Below, one piece after another: positions 1 to 11,484 of a stretch of DNA of 64,000 nucleotides. Below the pieces are notes generated by a model, which searched no databases, was not told the DNA's origin, and saw only the letters and a program-made list of their open reading frames with translations. Source of the stretch: Octopus sinensis (Eukaryota); the NCBI RefSeq assembly GCF_006345805.1, contig NC_043002.1:96038001-96102000 (forward strand). The letters run 5' to 3'. The first letter of the stretch is position 1, and each line of letters opens with the position of its first letter. Both the position numbers and the translations under genes were made by a program.

Positions 1-2706
1 ATAATTAAAAGTAATCAACAAAACAAACGAACAAAATAAACTTTAATAAAACATATCCACCAGAATGGCTAGCCACCAAAAATCCAACTAAAACTGGTCT
101 GATAATGAAATCGACGTTCTTATCAACACATGGCATTGCCTTACCCAAACAGAGAGCATAGGTGCTTCGTGTCTGAACGAAATTGCTAAACGAACATTTC
201 CCCATTTGCAAACTCGATCTGAACAGCAGATACAAAATAAATTAAAACAAATCGAAGTTGCTTTTAAATTAATAAATAAACACTTCGATAAAGTGAGATG
301 TGTTTTCTCTTCAACAACAACAACAACAGCTACAGCAACAACAACAACTTCAGCAGCAACAACCTCAGCGGCAACAACAACAACAACCTCAACAACAATA
401 ACAGATACAGCAACAACAACAACTTCAGCAGCAACAACCTCAGCGGCAACAACAACAGGATGAACCACTCCTTGATTCATCTACAATGGCTGATTTGCTA
501 AACGAGGGTCACACAGCAGGAAGCACCACCCCTTCCTTTCACGGTCCCAGCAGCTCAATCATCATCACTGTCAACATCATCTCTTCTGCTTACTACTGCT
601 AGTACTACTCCCACTATGTATCCACAAACATCTTTGTCTACCGCTATCTCATGGAATTGACCTCCTCAATCGTCATCACTGTCAAAATCTCTTCTACCTA
701 CTACAACTACTACTACTAATGCTATCTCAAGGAATTTACCTCCTACAGGTCACAAAAGTCGCCAAAACCTCAACTATCATCTACACCTCCCACAACTCAA
801 ACACGCACCTACACACCCACTCGAAACCCCATCATTTGCTGATATTCTCTTCGCCATAGATTATGCACTGATAGAGACTTCAAATTCACCCATTTACCTG
901 GAACAAAACGCTCTATCCCCACAAACTACAACAGCAACCACCATAATACATACTCTATTACAACACCACCACAACCACCAATATCTCAAACAAGGAATCC
1001 CCAAATCTGCCGCTATTCCCAGCGAGATAGATTGTGTTTGCACAGGGATTGCCCCTTTACCCATCTCCCGGGGACTCGTCGGACAAATGACATTATAAAT
1101 AAAAATAAAAGCAAAAAACCTACGACTCATATAGAAATAACCACTCATATAAAAATAACCACAACCACAGTCACCTACAGTTCCCTAGACAGGAAACCTC
1201 TTCTTCCCCTTTTTTAGCTATAATGAATCTGGCAAAAGAACTGGAAAAAAACATCCGAGCTATCACCCACCACTATCCACCACTATTACCCCACTGCACA
1301 TGCCATTAAAAAGCAATCAAATTAACAAATCACCAAAACAATTAAAACCATCCACTCTCGCCTCAACTTTTTTGCTTAATGCCCAAGGCATCAGCCCTTC
1401 CACCAATACACAAAAATGGAAGATAAAATTCCTGGAGGACTGGGTCGATGCCCATCCAAACCACATCCCTTTCTTCGTCCTCACTGAAACCCATCTTAGT
1501 AACCTTCACTTGGAAGCCGAGGTGAAAGTTAAAAATTTCAAAGCCATTCGTGCTGATCGTGCTGGCAGTAGAAAGGGTGGGACTGCCATTTATGTTCATG
1601 ATTCTTTCTCAACTGAGGCTGTGAACATATTTTCCAATGGATACTGCGAAGCAGTCGCTGTATTCAGTCAAACCAACAACTTAACAGTAGTTGGGCTCTA
1701 CAGACCACCCCAAGCGCCCCTACCATGCTTCAAGGAATGCCTCAACAACATAAAGTGTTTCATTCAGCAGTGTCAACCTGACAACATTTTAATGATGGGA
1801 GACTTCAACCTTCCCAGGGTTGACTGGTCTACAAACAGTCTGCCGCCAGGTTCTTCTCTCTCAACCCCTGACAGGGAGGCAGTGGAATCGCTTCTTGACT
1901 TCATGGATGATTTCTTCCTGTCCCAACTGGTACTTGAACCAACGAGATGTCATAAAAACATCTTAGACTTAATTTTCAGCAATCACACTGATACTATCCA
2001 CAATATTGCAGTGGAGAAAACCCTACTCTCTGATCATGACATGGTTCTCTGTGATCTGAGATTTCACTGGCCAAAATGCAAAACAAATGTCATCCCTCCT
2101 GTTCATCCATTTGACACTATGGATTTCCACAATGCAAACTGGGAAGCAATCAATAATGATCTTGCACAAGTCGATTGGTCCTTCACACACACATACACAC
2201 CTGCCAACATCAAAAAGTCCTGGCAGTCATTTGTAGACACCATTACGAACATATGTGCAAAACACACCCCATTAAGATCTGCAAACAAATCTAAGTGTCG
2301 AATCCCTAGAAATAGAAAATCTCTCATCAGGAAAATTAAAAGAATTAACAAAAAAATCAACAAGCTGAAATACTGTCAACAGCAACACACCAACCTGACT
2401 GCCATCTCGTTGCTAGAGATTAAAAAACATAAACTCCAAAACAACATCAATAGTCAGCGAAGAGCTGAAGAGGCCTGGGCCATTGAGAAAATCAAACTCA
2501 ATCCCAAAGTGTTCTTTTCATTTGCAAAAAAACACAGAGTCACTGGTTCTACTGTTGGCCCTCTGATTGATGAAAATGGTACTCTTCAAGACAATGCCAA
2601 AACCATGGGAGAGATATTGCAGAAACAATATCGCTCTGTTTTCAGCAATCCTGATATGACTAATCTGGGCTGTATCAGTGATATTACTCCCCAATACACT
2701 TTATCG
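1..2706 (+). mobile_element. CR1-type LINE, 5' portion: degraded ORF1 region plus ORF2 AP-endonuclease, truncated before the RT domain
   Basis: ORF 1300-2826 has APE motifs (LLNAQGI, LTETHL, VVGLYRPP, MMGDFNLP, NILDLIF, SDHDMV) followed by the CR1 linker (IKLNPKVFFSFAKK, VGPL); homology stops near 2706 where unrelated sequence begins. Two CCCH-like motifs lie upstream at 834-911 and 1005-1083. Confidence 0.85.
313..457 (+). repeat. (ACA)n-rich tandem duplication (~72-bp unit) within the LINE ORF1 region
   Basis: Two copies of acagcaacaacaacaacttcagcagcaacaacctcagcggcaacaacaaca; the source of the poly-Thr/poly-Val/poly-Asn ORFs. Confidence 0.85.
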
Positions 2707-3535
2707 AAAAAAAAAAAGATGGCGAAAATCATTTCAGACTGGGGTGGTGAGGGGGTGAAAAAAATAAATTTTCAAAATATTTTCCAGTTTTTTTTTTTCA
2801 TGAAAAGATGCTTCTCGTCATTCTGAAGACTTTGCTGAGAAACATTGGAAAAAATCCCTGTCAAAACAGAGAAATTCTAACTTATGTGGGCCATCTGATC
2901 CAAAACTTCGTTTTCCAGAAACTCCTCGCCCCCACCCCCTTCCAAAAATTTTACCCACAGATTTCTTTGTAATTGTAATCTACACCGTTTGAAAGAAATT
3001 TGCTTAAAATTTCATCAAAAGATACCTATTTTCCAGAAAGTTATGAGGGGAAATTGTTGAGTCCTGTGAATTTTCCAAAATTACTCTCCCCAACCCTTCA
3101 GAAATTTTTCCAACAAATCTTTACATACACTCAATCTACAGGATATAAGCAATTATTTGGTGAAAGCTTCGTTAAAAAGTATCCATTTTTCTGGAAGTTA
3201 TGAGGCAACAAAGTCAGGGTGTTAAACTGTAGTTAAACCCTTTTTCAATAAAAGTTAACGGATTAACGTTAACTTCTGTTACATTTTCAAAGAATTAACA
3301 GATTAATGCTGTTAACTTTTTGGTTAACAGATTAACAAAGTTAACTTTTCAATTAATGGTGCCCACTTGTGTGTGTGTGTGTACATATATATATATATAC
3401 ACACACACATATTGATATATGTGTATTTGTATAGATATATTTGTATATACTATCCATACATACATACATACATACATACATACATTATGGCTGCCCCCTC
3501 GTTATCAAGTATGGCCATTGCACAAAGCTTAACTG

Positions 3536-3990
3536 TTACTGGTGCTGTGATCGAATGTGACTTTTTAGCCCAGCCAAAGATCTACAATGTCTTGTACAAA
3601 ATTGGCAACTAAAACCTTTACTGGTAATAGCCGGCTGTAGTTGTAACTGGGCTTCATGTACCTTTGCATGTCGTTTAAGTCCTCTTGCCGAATTACACTC
3701 TCTTCCACATGCCCGACAGATATGGTTAGTATGGTGTGTTACACCACAACCAGTGGCCAAGTTGTCACTCATCTGTCTCGTTTTATGACTACGAAGATGA
3801 CTCATGAGTCCAGCTTTACTGAGGCAGGGTCTTGCACAGACATTGCATGCCAGAATCAAAGGAAGACCCTTCCCTTCTGGAAGTGTAACAGCGATGCCCT
3901 TCCTGACATCCCTCCTTACTTTCTCATGTGCAACTCAAATATCATTGGTATGGAGTAGAACTTTGAGCAGATAAGGTAGAAACAGATCCT
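3536..3990 (-). mobile_element. RTE-type LINE 3' fragment encoding three C-terminal C2H2-like fingers
   Basis: ORF 3536-3859: CNVCARPCLSKAGLMSHLRSH, CRACGRECNSARGLKRHAKVH, CQFCTRHCRSLAGLKSHIRSQH. These have the CxxC...GLxSH pattern of RTE ORF2 C-termini and lack TGEKP linkers. Confidence 0.6.
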
Positions 3991-4079
3991 AACTCATCTC
4001 CGTATCAAAAGATACAGAGATGACTTAGGATCTGTTCCTACCTGACAGTAAAATGAGGGAGAACTATAAGGCAATATAT

Positions 4080-4295
4080 ATTTCTTTATTGCCCACAAGG
4101 GGCTAAACAAGGACAGACAAAGGGATTAAGTCGATTATAACGACCCCCAGTGCGAAACTGGTACTTTATTTATCGACCCCGAAAGGATGAAAGGCAAAGT
4201 TGACCTCGGCGGAATTTGAACTCAGAACGTAGCGGCAGACGAAATACCGCTAAGCATTTCGCCCGGCGTGCTAACGTTTCTGCCAGCTCGCCGCC
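4080..4295 (-). mobile_element. tRNA-derived SINE (family A: ggcggcgagctggcagaaacg...aaagaaata)
   Basis: Full copy flanked by the 15-bp TSD ctataaggcaatata (4065-4079, 4296-4310). Confidence 0.85.
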
Positions 4296-5009
4296 TATAA
4301 GGCAATATAGCAACATTTCTATCAACAGACTGACTATTTCTCTGATGTAAGATAAGGAATGTTATAGGTACATAGGGATGGATGAAAATCAATCCATTGA
4401 TGTAACTTGTGACAAAGAATGCCTAATCAGAAAATGTAACACCTGGATGAAACAAAAATATAGTCCTCAGGATTTTTTTATAACATTAAATCAGTATTCC
4501 ACATGTTTATTATATCAATAATTGTATGAACATTTGGGTTACTTGATGAGATACTACAGCAGGTCCATCCATATTGTCAAAACAAGAAATCTGTAAGCCA
4601 ACACTAGAAATTTCAATATCATTACTAAAGTACTTTGTCTCTAATTAAAAGGAAAATAAAGCAGCAAAGTGTTAATATTGATTCAAGCATTTGTATGATG
4701 TATCACATGCATGCAACAACATCCACTAACCCTCCAAATGTCAAAGTTCATGTATAGATGAAGCATACATGAGGTAAGTTACGTAATGAAACTTGGAAAA
4801 GAGTACCTCAGAAAGTATCTTCTAACCGATGATCAAGGAGGCACACCCAGAGAAATTGCACAAGTCTGTCACAACACATTATCAAATGAAGAGCAGTATG
4901 CGTATCAGTAGAAGGTCATTCATGGTGGCTGTTTTGCTTGTAAACTTCAAATTGACAACACAGTTAACCAAAGTAATCTATTTTGAATTGCGAGGCAATG
5001 ACTAGTGAC

Positions 5010-5490
5010 CAAGACCTTTGGAAGTATGCTGTGCATGAGAAGACCCGGCAGGACAAGTGAGACCATAACCCGTGGCCTCTACCTGAGATGTAGCCAGTCC
5101 ACTTATGCATACCTTTCCTTCTTGGGACACAAAACTCAACTTGCGAAGATCTGTTGAGGCAAGTAAAATCAAAATCGATCAAAATTAATGGAAATTGTAT
5201 TTGTGATACCAGTGTCGGTGGCGCTGCCCCGACTGACCTCCGTGGCGATGGCTCGTAAAAAGCACCATCCGATCGTGGCCGTTGCCAACCTCGTCTGGCA
5301 CCTGTGCCAGTGGCACGTAAAAAGCACCCACTACACTCACGGAGTGGTTGGCGTTAGGAAGGGCATCCAGCTGTAGAAACACTGCCAGGTCAGACTGGGC
5401 CTGGTGCAGCCTTCTGGCTTTCCAGACCCCAGTTGAACCGGCCAACCCATGCTAGCATGGAAAGCAGACGTTAAACGATGATGATGAGGA
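5010..5490 (+). mobile_element. RTE LINE 3' end and 3'UTR ending in a (GAT)n tail
   Basis: Near-identical to 11800-12382 (DQDLWKYAV...RQDK stop, modular 3'UTR, aacccatgctagcatggaaagc, gatgatgat). Confidence 0.85.
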
Positions 5491-5867
5491 GGAGGATGAC
5501 TTGGCGGTGTATATTTTTGTCATTCAGTAACAAAATGCAATTTTCTTTTCTCAGCCATTTGCCCAATATTTCTTGCACCTTTGAAATAACAAGCTGCATA
5601 CCACCAAACCACATCCTCCCCAGCCAATCCTAATTGCTTCTCTTCCTCTTGTTGTTCCTAATGTATTTCAGATTCCACATTAAAGAATGTCCTGAACATT
5701 TGCTGTCAGAACTGTAGACATTGATATTCTACCCTGTCAGCTCTTGTTCCACAATAGTCAACCTATAGAATATAAGTACAGGAACAAAATTTACTTAAGA
5801 GTGCAAACCCAGGTCCAAAATTTCTTATAAGGTCGATTTTTTCAGTTTCAATGTAAAACAAACACAG

Positions 5868-6135
5868 GTGTCAGACGAGGCTGGCAAACGGCCACGATCA
5901 GATGGTGCTTTTTACGAGCCACTGGCACGGAGGCCAGGCGAGGCTGGCAATGGCCACAATTGGATAGTGCTTTTTACGTGCCACTGGCACGGAGGCCAGT
6001 CGAGGCGGTGCTGGCAATGGCCACGTTCGGATGGTTCTCTTACGTGCCACCGGCACTGGTATCACAGCTACAATTTCCATTGATGTTGATCGATTTCAAT
6101 TTCGATTTTGATTCTCACTTGCCTCAACAGGTCTT
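5868..6135 (-). mobile_element. RTE LINE 3'UTR fragment, inverted relative to 5010-5490
   Basis: Reverse complement of the modular 3'UTR at 11935-12200. Confidence 0.8.
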
Positions 6136-6139
6136 CACA

Positions 6140-6350
6140 AGTAGAGTTTTCAAATTTTGGCACAAGGTCAGCAATGTTGGGGGAGGGGTAATATAATTCC
6201 ATCAATCCCAGAGCGCAACTGGTATTTATTTTATCGACCTCAAAAGGATGAAAGGTAAACTCAACCTCAGCAGAATTTGAACCCAGAATATTAAGACAGA
6301 CAAAATGTTGCAAAGCATTTCGCCTGGCATGCTATCAATTCTGCCAGGTC
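6140..6350 (-). mobile_element. SINE family A variant (tail ...ccttgtgccaaaatttgaaaa)
   Basis: Shares the central core (gaaaggatgaaaggtaaactcaacctcagcagaatttgaa) with the other copies. Confidence 0.7.
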
Positions 6351-6800
6351 TAATAATAGAAATAGTTATTACATTTACACATCAATCAAATCAGATAAAT
6401 TCAATGATGGAAAAGAAATTTTTAAATTCAGTCAAAAAATGTTTCTATGCTTGTTCATTTTGGCAATGAAGTTTTTTGGGAGGATGCTCAAAGCATCTTC
6501 ATTGCTCCCACCAAAAGTTTTAGAGAGTACTCTTGCACCCTCTGCACCTGACTGAGCCTAAGCCACAGAAGTAACCTACAAAGCTAATGATGACTACTTC
6601 TAAATGATAAAAAAAAGAAAATTGTTAACACATGATTAAATATCAGTTTTCAGATAAAAGTATTTGAGATAAAATAGTCACATAGAAGTGACTTAATTTG
6701 ATATACAGGGTTGACCGAAGTCACTTGACAATAAATCAAAACCGTTTAATGTCAAGATCTGTTTATGCTTAACAACTAAATGAATTTAATAAAAGCATCT

Positions 6801-7213
6801 GGATCTTTTCGGTTTGAATGGCAGTTTTTAACATAATTTCTAGGTAACAAAAAAATTTTAAACTTCCTATACTGGTAGAATGTGTTTATAAAACATTTTT
6901 TCTCTTAGCTTTATTGAGAAAATTCTATAGTTTGTAAGATATTTGTTGTTTTTTTTCTTCAATTTCTGCAATTGCAACCAATCAAATACGTCTATTGAGG
7001 TAAAAAAAAACATTCTGTGCCATATGAATATGTCCCTCGTTTAAGAAACAGATTGGGTTTATTTACATTTGTGAAGAAAAAAAAATTACCCTTCCCCCAC
7101 CCCTAACCCTAAAAGAGATTGAAGTGCAATAGACCGATACAAGGGTCATAATTATGGGTGACAATTTCATATGACACCACTAGAAAAAACTGCCGTTCAA
7201 ACCGAAAAGATCC
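6801..7213. mobile_element. MITE with ~29-bp TIRs and an 8-bp TSD (Merlin-like by GG ends; family inferred)
   Basis: ggatcttttcggtttgaatggcagttttt at 6801 and aaaaactgccgttcaaaccgaaaagatcc ending 7213; aagcatct on both sides (6793-6800, 7214-7221). Confidence 0.8.
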
Positions 7214-7334
7214 AAGCATCTAAATATGAAACATCATGAAAATTGTTCAAATTGAAGTCCTTCTTGGGCAATACATTTTTCCATTCGAGTCAATATAGAA
7301 TTACAGATACTATCTATGGAATTTTGATTTACTG

Positions 7335-7751
7335 TTGGGTGAATTTGGAAAAGACTTTCTAACTAGAAAGGGTATGGCCTGGTCAACCTGTAATGACATG
7401 TATAAGATCTGGTCATCAAATCTAAGTAGAGACCTCAAACTTGAAATCTTCAAAGCCACAGTCGAACCAATTCTACTATATGGCTCAGAAACCTGGATGT
7501 TATCAAAGAAGCTTGAGAGGCTGTTGAATGGAACCTACACTCGCCTCCTTATGAGAGCTCAAAATCTCTCGTGGAGGCGCCATCCAACCAAAATGCAAAT
7601 ATATGGGAAACTACCACCTGTGTCATTTCTTGTGAAAGGTAGGAGAGTCCAGTTTGCTGGACATTGTTGTAGAGATGAAAAAGAGGTAATTTCTACTCTT
7701 CTCCTCTGGAAGCCATCTACTTGCAATACCAGAGGGCTCACAGAACAGTGA
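7335..7751 (+). mobile_element. RTE/RTEX-like LINE ORF2 C-terminal fragment
   Basis: KLEIFKATVEPILLYGSETW...RRVQFAGHCCR matches the LLYGxETW / FAGH post-RT motifs of RTE-group LINEs. Confidence 0.75.
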
Positions 7752-7889
7752 AATAGACTATACTCCTCTGAAAATTTCAGGACTTGTGCCTATAATACGG
7801 TATAGGTGCATTGGGCAGTTGCCTGAAGGCCTCCTGAGCCTAAGGGCTCGATTCTAATCTACGTCTTGCACTCAATAACTATTCTTTTC

Positions 7890-8462
7890 TATTCTAGGCA
7901 CAAGGCCCGAAATTTTAGGGGAGGGGGCCAGTCGAAAAGATCGATTCCAGTACGCAACTGGTACTTAATTTATTGACCCCGAAAGGATGAAAGGCAAAGT
8001 CGATCTCAGTGGAGTTTGAACTCAGAACATAAAGATAAACGAAATACCTATTTCTTTACTACCCACAAGGGGTTAAACACAGAGAGGACAAACAAGGACA
8101 CACAAAGGGATTAAGTCGATTACATTGACCCCAGTGCATAACTAGTACTAATTTAATCGACCCCGAAAGGATGAAAGGCAAAGTCGACTTCGGCAGAATT
8201 TTAACTCAGAGCGTAGCAGCAGATGAAATACCTATTTCTTTACTACCCACAAGGGGCTAAACACAGAGAGGACAAACAAGGACAGACAAACGGATTAAGT
8301 CGATTACATCGACCCCCAGTGTGTAACTGATGCTTAATTTATCGACCCCGAAAGGATGAAAGGCAAAGTCGACCTCGGCGGAATTTGAACTCAAAACGTA
8401 ACTGCAGACGAAATACAGTTACGCATTTCGCCCGGCGTGCTAACGTTTCTGCCAGCTCGCCG
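7890..8462 (-). mobile_element. Head-to-tail trimer of SINE family A
   Basis: Three copies of the core; the two junctions (~8050, ~8230) both read aaagaaata|ggtatttc on the minus strand. Confidence 0.85.
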
Positions 8463-9065
8463 TCCATTCAATAAATATTATAAGACCCAGGGCTGGATTT
8501 TTACCTGGAGGTGGTGGGGGGAATATAATGCTGTTAAGACGGCTCTACTATAGTGGAAAGAATTACTTTTGCTTTACAATTTTGTAATCAAAGTCTGTCA
8601 GTTATCAGGCCGTAGGATTCCGAAATCCGCCGAAACTACACTTGATTATATATAGACTTTAGATGAGTTGTAGTGCACCTGAGCACTGTACACAATTATT
8701 ATTATTATTAAAGACATCCGTACATAATACTATATAATACTACTTTAAGATAAAACAAGTTAACTGTGACTATGCATTTATACAAGTTACAATGACTCAA
8801 CGATAGTGCGAAAGTTGAAATAAAATCATATTATGTGTTAACGGAATTAAATCCGAGTACTGGCTCGATTTGTGATCGAAATAGAAATAAACACTTGGAG
8901 TAATTAATTACTAATTAGGTACACTAAGACTCAAATTACGTGAAACTCTCTCTCTCTCTCTCACTTTCCCTCTATCTCTTTCCGTCTTTCTTTTTTTATT
9001 TTAGAGTTATCTACCTTTAGTCAACAGTTCTTAATTGGTGTTGGAATACTTCACAAGTCGTCAAC

Positions 9066-9204
9066 ATGGCTCAGGAAATTCTCGTGAATGGATATGATGA
9101 ATATGTAGCAACAGCTGATCAAAACAAAGGCAAAACAATATTTGCTTTATTTACAGGAAGTAAAGACTCTAGTGGCCAAAGCTGGTGTCCCGACTGTGTC
9201 AAAG
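9066..9204 (+). CDS. TXNDC17: Thioredoxin domain-containing protein 17 (TRP14), coding exon 1
   Basis: MAQEILVNGYDEYVATADQNKGKTIFALFTGSKDSSGQSWCPDCVK with the WCPDC active site diagnostic of TRP14; donor GTATCA at 9205, phase 1. Confidence 0.95.
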
Positions 9205-9497
9205 GTATCAAATTCTTATAATTTTGGATTTTAGATCGTCCTTTTCATTGTTTCCTGTAGGCGAACTGGCAGAAACGTTAGCAAGTTTTCTTTGAAACCG
9301 AGCTCGTGGTGCAGTTTCAATCCCCCATCAGAGTTATTTCGCACTCTGTTCATCACTTCCTTTGTAAACGATATGCTTACTCAACAGTCTTTCATTCCGT
9401 CTTGCTTTAAATAGTTCACGCTTCATGCTTCTGTCAAAGCTTGTTGTAAAGTAACATTTTCTTTGTTAAGCTAACGGTTAATTATATGAACTTCGAA

Positions 9498-9687
9498 GGC
9501 GGCGAGCTGGCAGAAACGTTAGCACGCCGGGCGAAATGCGTAGCCGTATTTCGTCTGCCGTTACGTTCTGAGTTCAAATTTGCCTTTTCATCCTTTCGGG
9601 GTCGATAAATTAAGTACCAGTTACGCACTGGGATCGATGTAATCGACTTAATCCGTGTGTCTGCCCCTTGTGGGTAGTAAAGAAATA
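9498..9687 (+). mobile_element. Young SINE family A copy in TXNDC17 intron 1
   Basis: 22-bp TSD ggttaattatatgaacttcgaa (9476-9497, 9688-9709). Confidence 0.9.
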
Positions 9688-10937
9688 GGTTAATTATATG
9701 AACTTCGAACCCAAACATGAGACATATATAAGGACTTTGTATGCGCTCTCTCTGTATGTATGTGTATATATATATATATATAAAATCTTGTTTTTCTGAC
9801 ATGCTAATATATCGTTTCATTTCTTAACTTTAACTCACATCACTTTATGGGTGGTACAGGGGAGGAAAGTCAGTATAATCGACTGTACCTTTTTTTATCA
9901 TCGTTACTATTTTATACCATGTTGTACTGCACATCGTACCATCCTTGGGTGTTTCTATTAACATACTAGCCTGTTGCCAGCCTTTCAGTTTCTGGAGGTC
10001 TCCAGAACTTTGTGCAGCGCAACACAGAGAGAGAGAGAATTCATTACACACACACACTCTTCAACAACATGTGACATCGTGCTTGGTGGAGCATCGTTCT
10101 GATATTTAATGTCTCATACCAGCATTAAAGTCTTGAAAACTTAAAAGCAAAAATCAACTTCAGCGGCATTTGAACGTGGAGTGCAGTGTAATGTAATGGT
10201 GATTAACTTTTTGTTGTTGTTGTTACTTTACTTTTCCAATGCAATTAATTGATTCAATTTGAAGATAGGAAATGCGAAGAAACTTGTTATGGATGAACTC
10301 TTCTTCCTTGTTCGATCCACACACATGTAATAGAAATACAGAATCGTTACCAACCCGGCTGAAACCGGCTCTGGCTCTTTAGAATAAATGTCTTCCTATC
10401 ACTAGCTGAATGATAGCTAAGTCATTTTAGTAAATTTTTTGTTATATTTCAAGTAATTGAAAGAAACAGAGTATCTCAAAATAAATACAGTAACGAAAGG
10501 GTAAAAGTTGCCTCTTAGAAGTTAGGGTTAGAATGCTTATGTGACAAGTTATTTATTGCTGTTGAAAGTTAATGGTCACTAACTTTCATCATCATCGCTT
10601 TACTCCTGCTTTCAATGCTGGCTTGGATTGGACAATACATATCTGAAGATGCTGCCTTCCTTGACAGATTAAATCTTGCTCTCTTCTATTCTTTTTTTAT
10701 TTTGCTGTGTTTCCTACGGCTTGCTAACAGTACAAGACTGATGGATTCTCTCAACCCTACATATTCTCCATATATTTTTGGTAATCATTTTACAAAGTGT
10801 ACTGCATGCATTTTATTGTGCGACAGCTCTTGTGAGTTTACCTTTTCCCTCGCCAGGAAAATGTTGTCACTACTTAACGTCTCCATGCTTACTAAGAAGC
10901 AATGTAACAGAGTGGGTAGAAGAAAGAAGGCACGCTA

Positions 10938-11345
10938 TATTAAGTCCTTATTGTTCATCAGTAGTTTTAACAAATCAGTCAATAATATATTCTCCATTAT
11001 TCACGATTTCTTGCCAACGTTCCACTAGCTTGTCGATGCCTTGACGGTAGAAATCATCTCGAAGAATTCATCGTGTCATGTTTTCAGCTCCACGTCGTTA
11101 TTGAAGGTAACGCCTTGCAGACTGTTGGAAAGTGACCGAAAAAGATGATAGTCTAAAGGTGCTATATCAGGAAAATATGGTGGGTGCGGTGGAACTTCGC
11201 AACCGAGCTCTTGGATAGCATTTTTGGTCAAATTAACAATGTCGGGAGCGAGCGTTGACGAATAGAAGAAACACGTCGTGTTGCCGGTTGAGTCCTTACA
11301 GCTGGATTGCTCATCGAGTGAAATTTATGGTGATTGTATCATGAG
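10938..11345 (-). mobile_element. mariner transposase C-terminal remnant (pseudogenised)
   Basis: Minus-strand frames give NRQHDVFLLFVNARSRH (HDNARPH-like), PHPPYFPDIAPLDYHLFRSL (YSPDLAP-like) and DDFYRQGIDKLVERWQEIVNNGEYIID stop at 10975. Confidence 0.85.
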
Positions 11346-11484
11346 ACCATCTCATGTGCTGGGTCATTTCCCATGTGGATTCACGCTGATCCTCGTGAAT
11401 GGGCTCATTTCATTGATTCTCATTAAACGAAAGAGGTTGGCTGGAATGCGGAGAGTCTGTAAGGTCGAATTTCCCCCTCCTTAA

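Noticed and set aside
88-501. Poly-Val, poly-Thr and poly-Asn ORFs (mucin-like)
   Set aside because: Products of the (ACA)n tandem repeat inside the LINE.
4340-4940. YRYIGMDENQ.. resembling an RT YKYLG motif
   Set aside because: Too degraded to assign; may be an ancient LINE relic but is unsupported.
7890-8462. CRISPR-like regularly spaced repeats
   Set aside because: The units are ~180-bp SINE bodies with homologous rather than unique spacers, there are no cas genes, and the context is eukaryotic.
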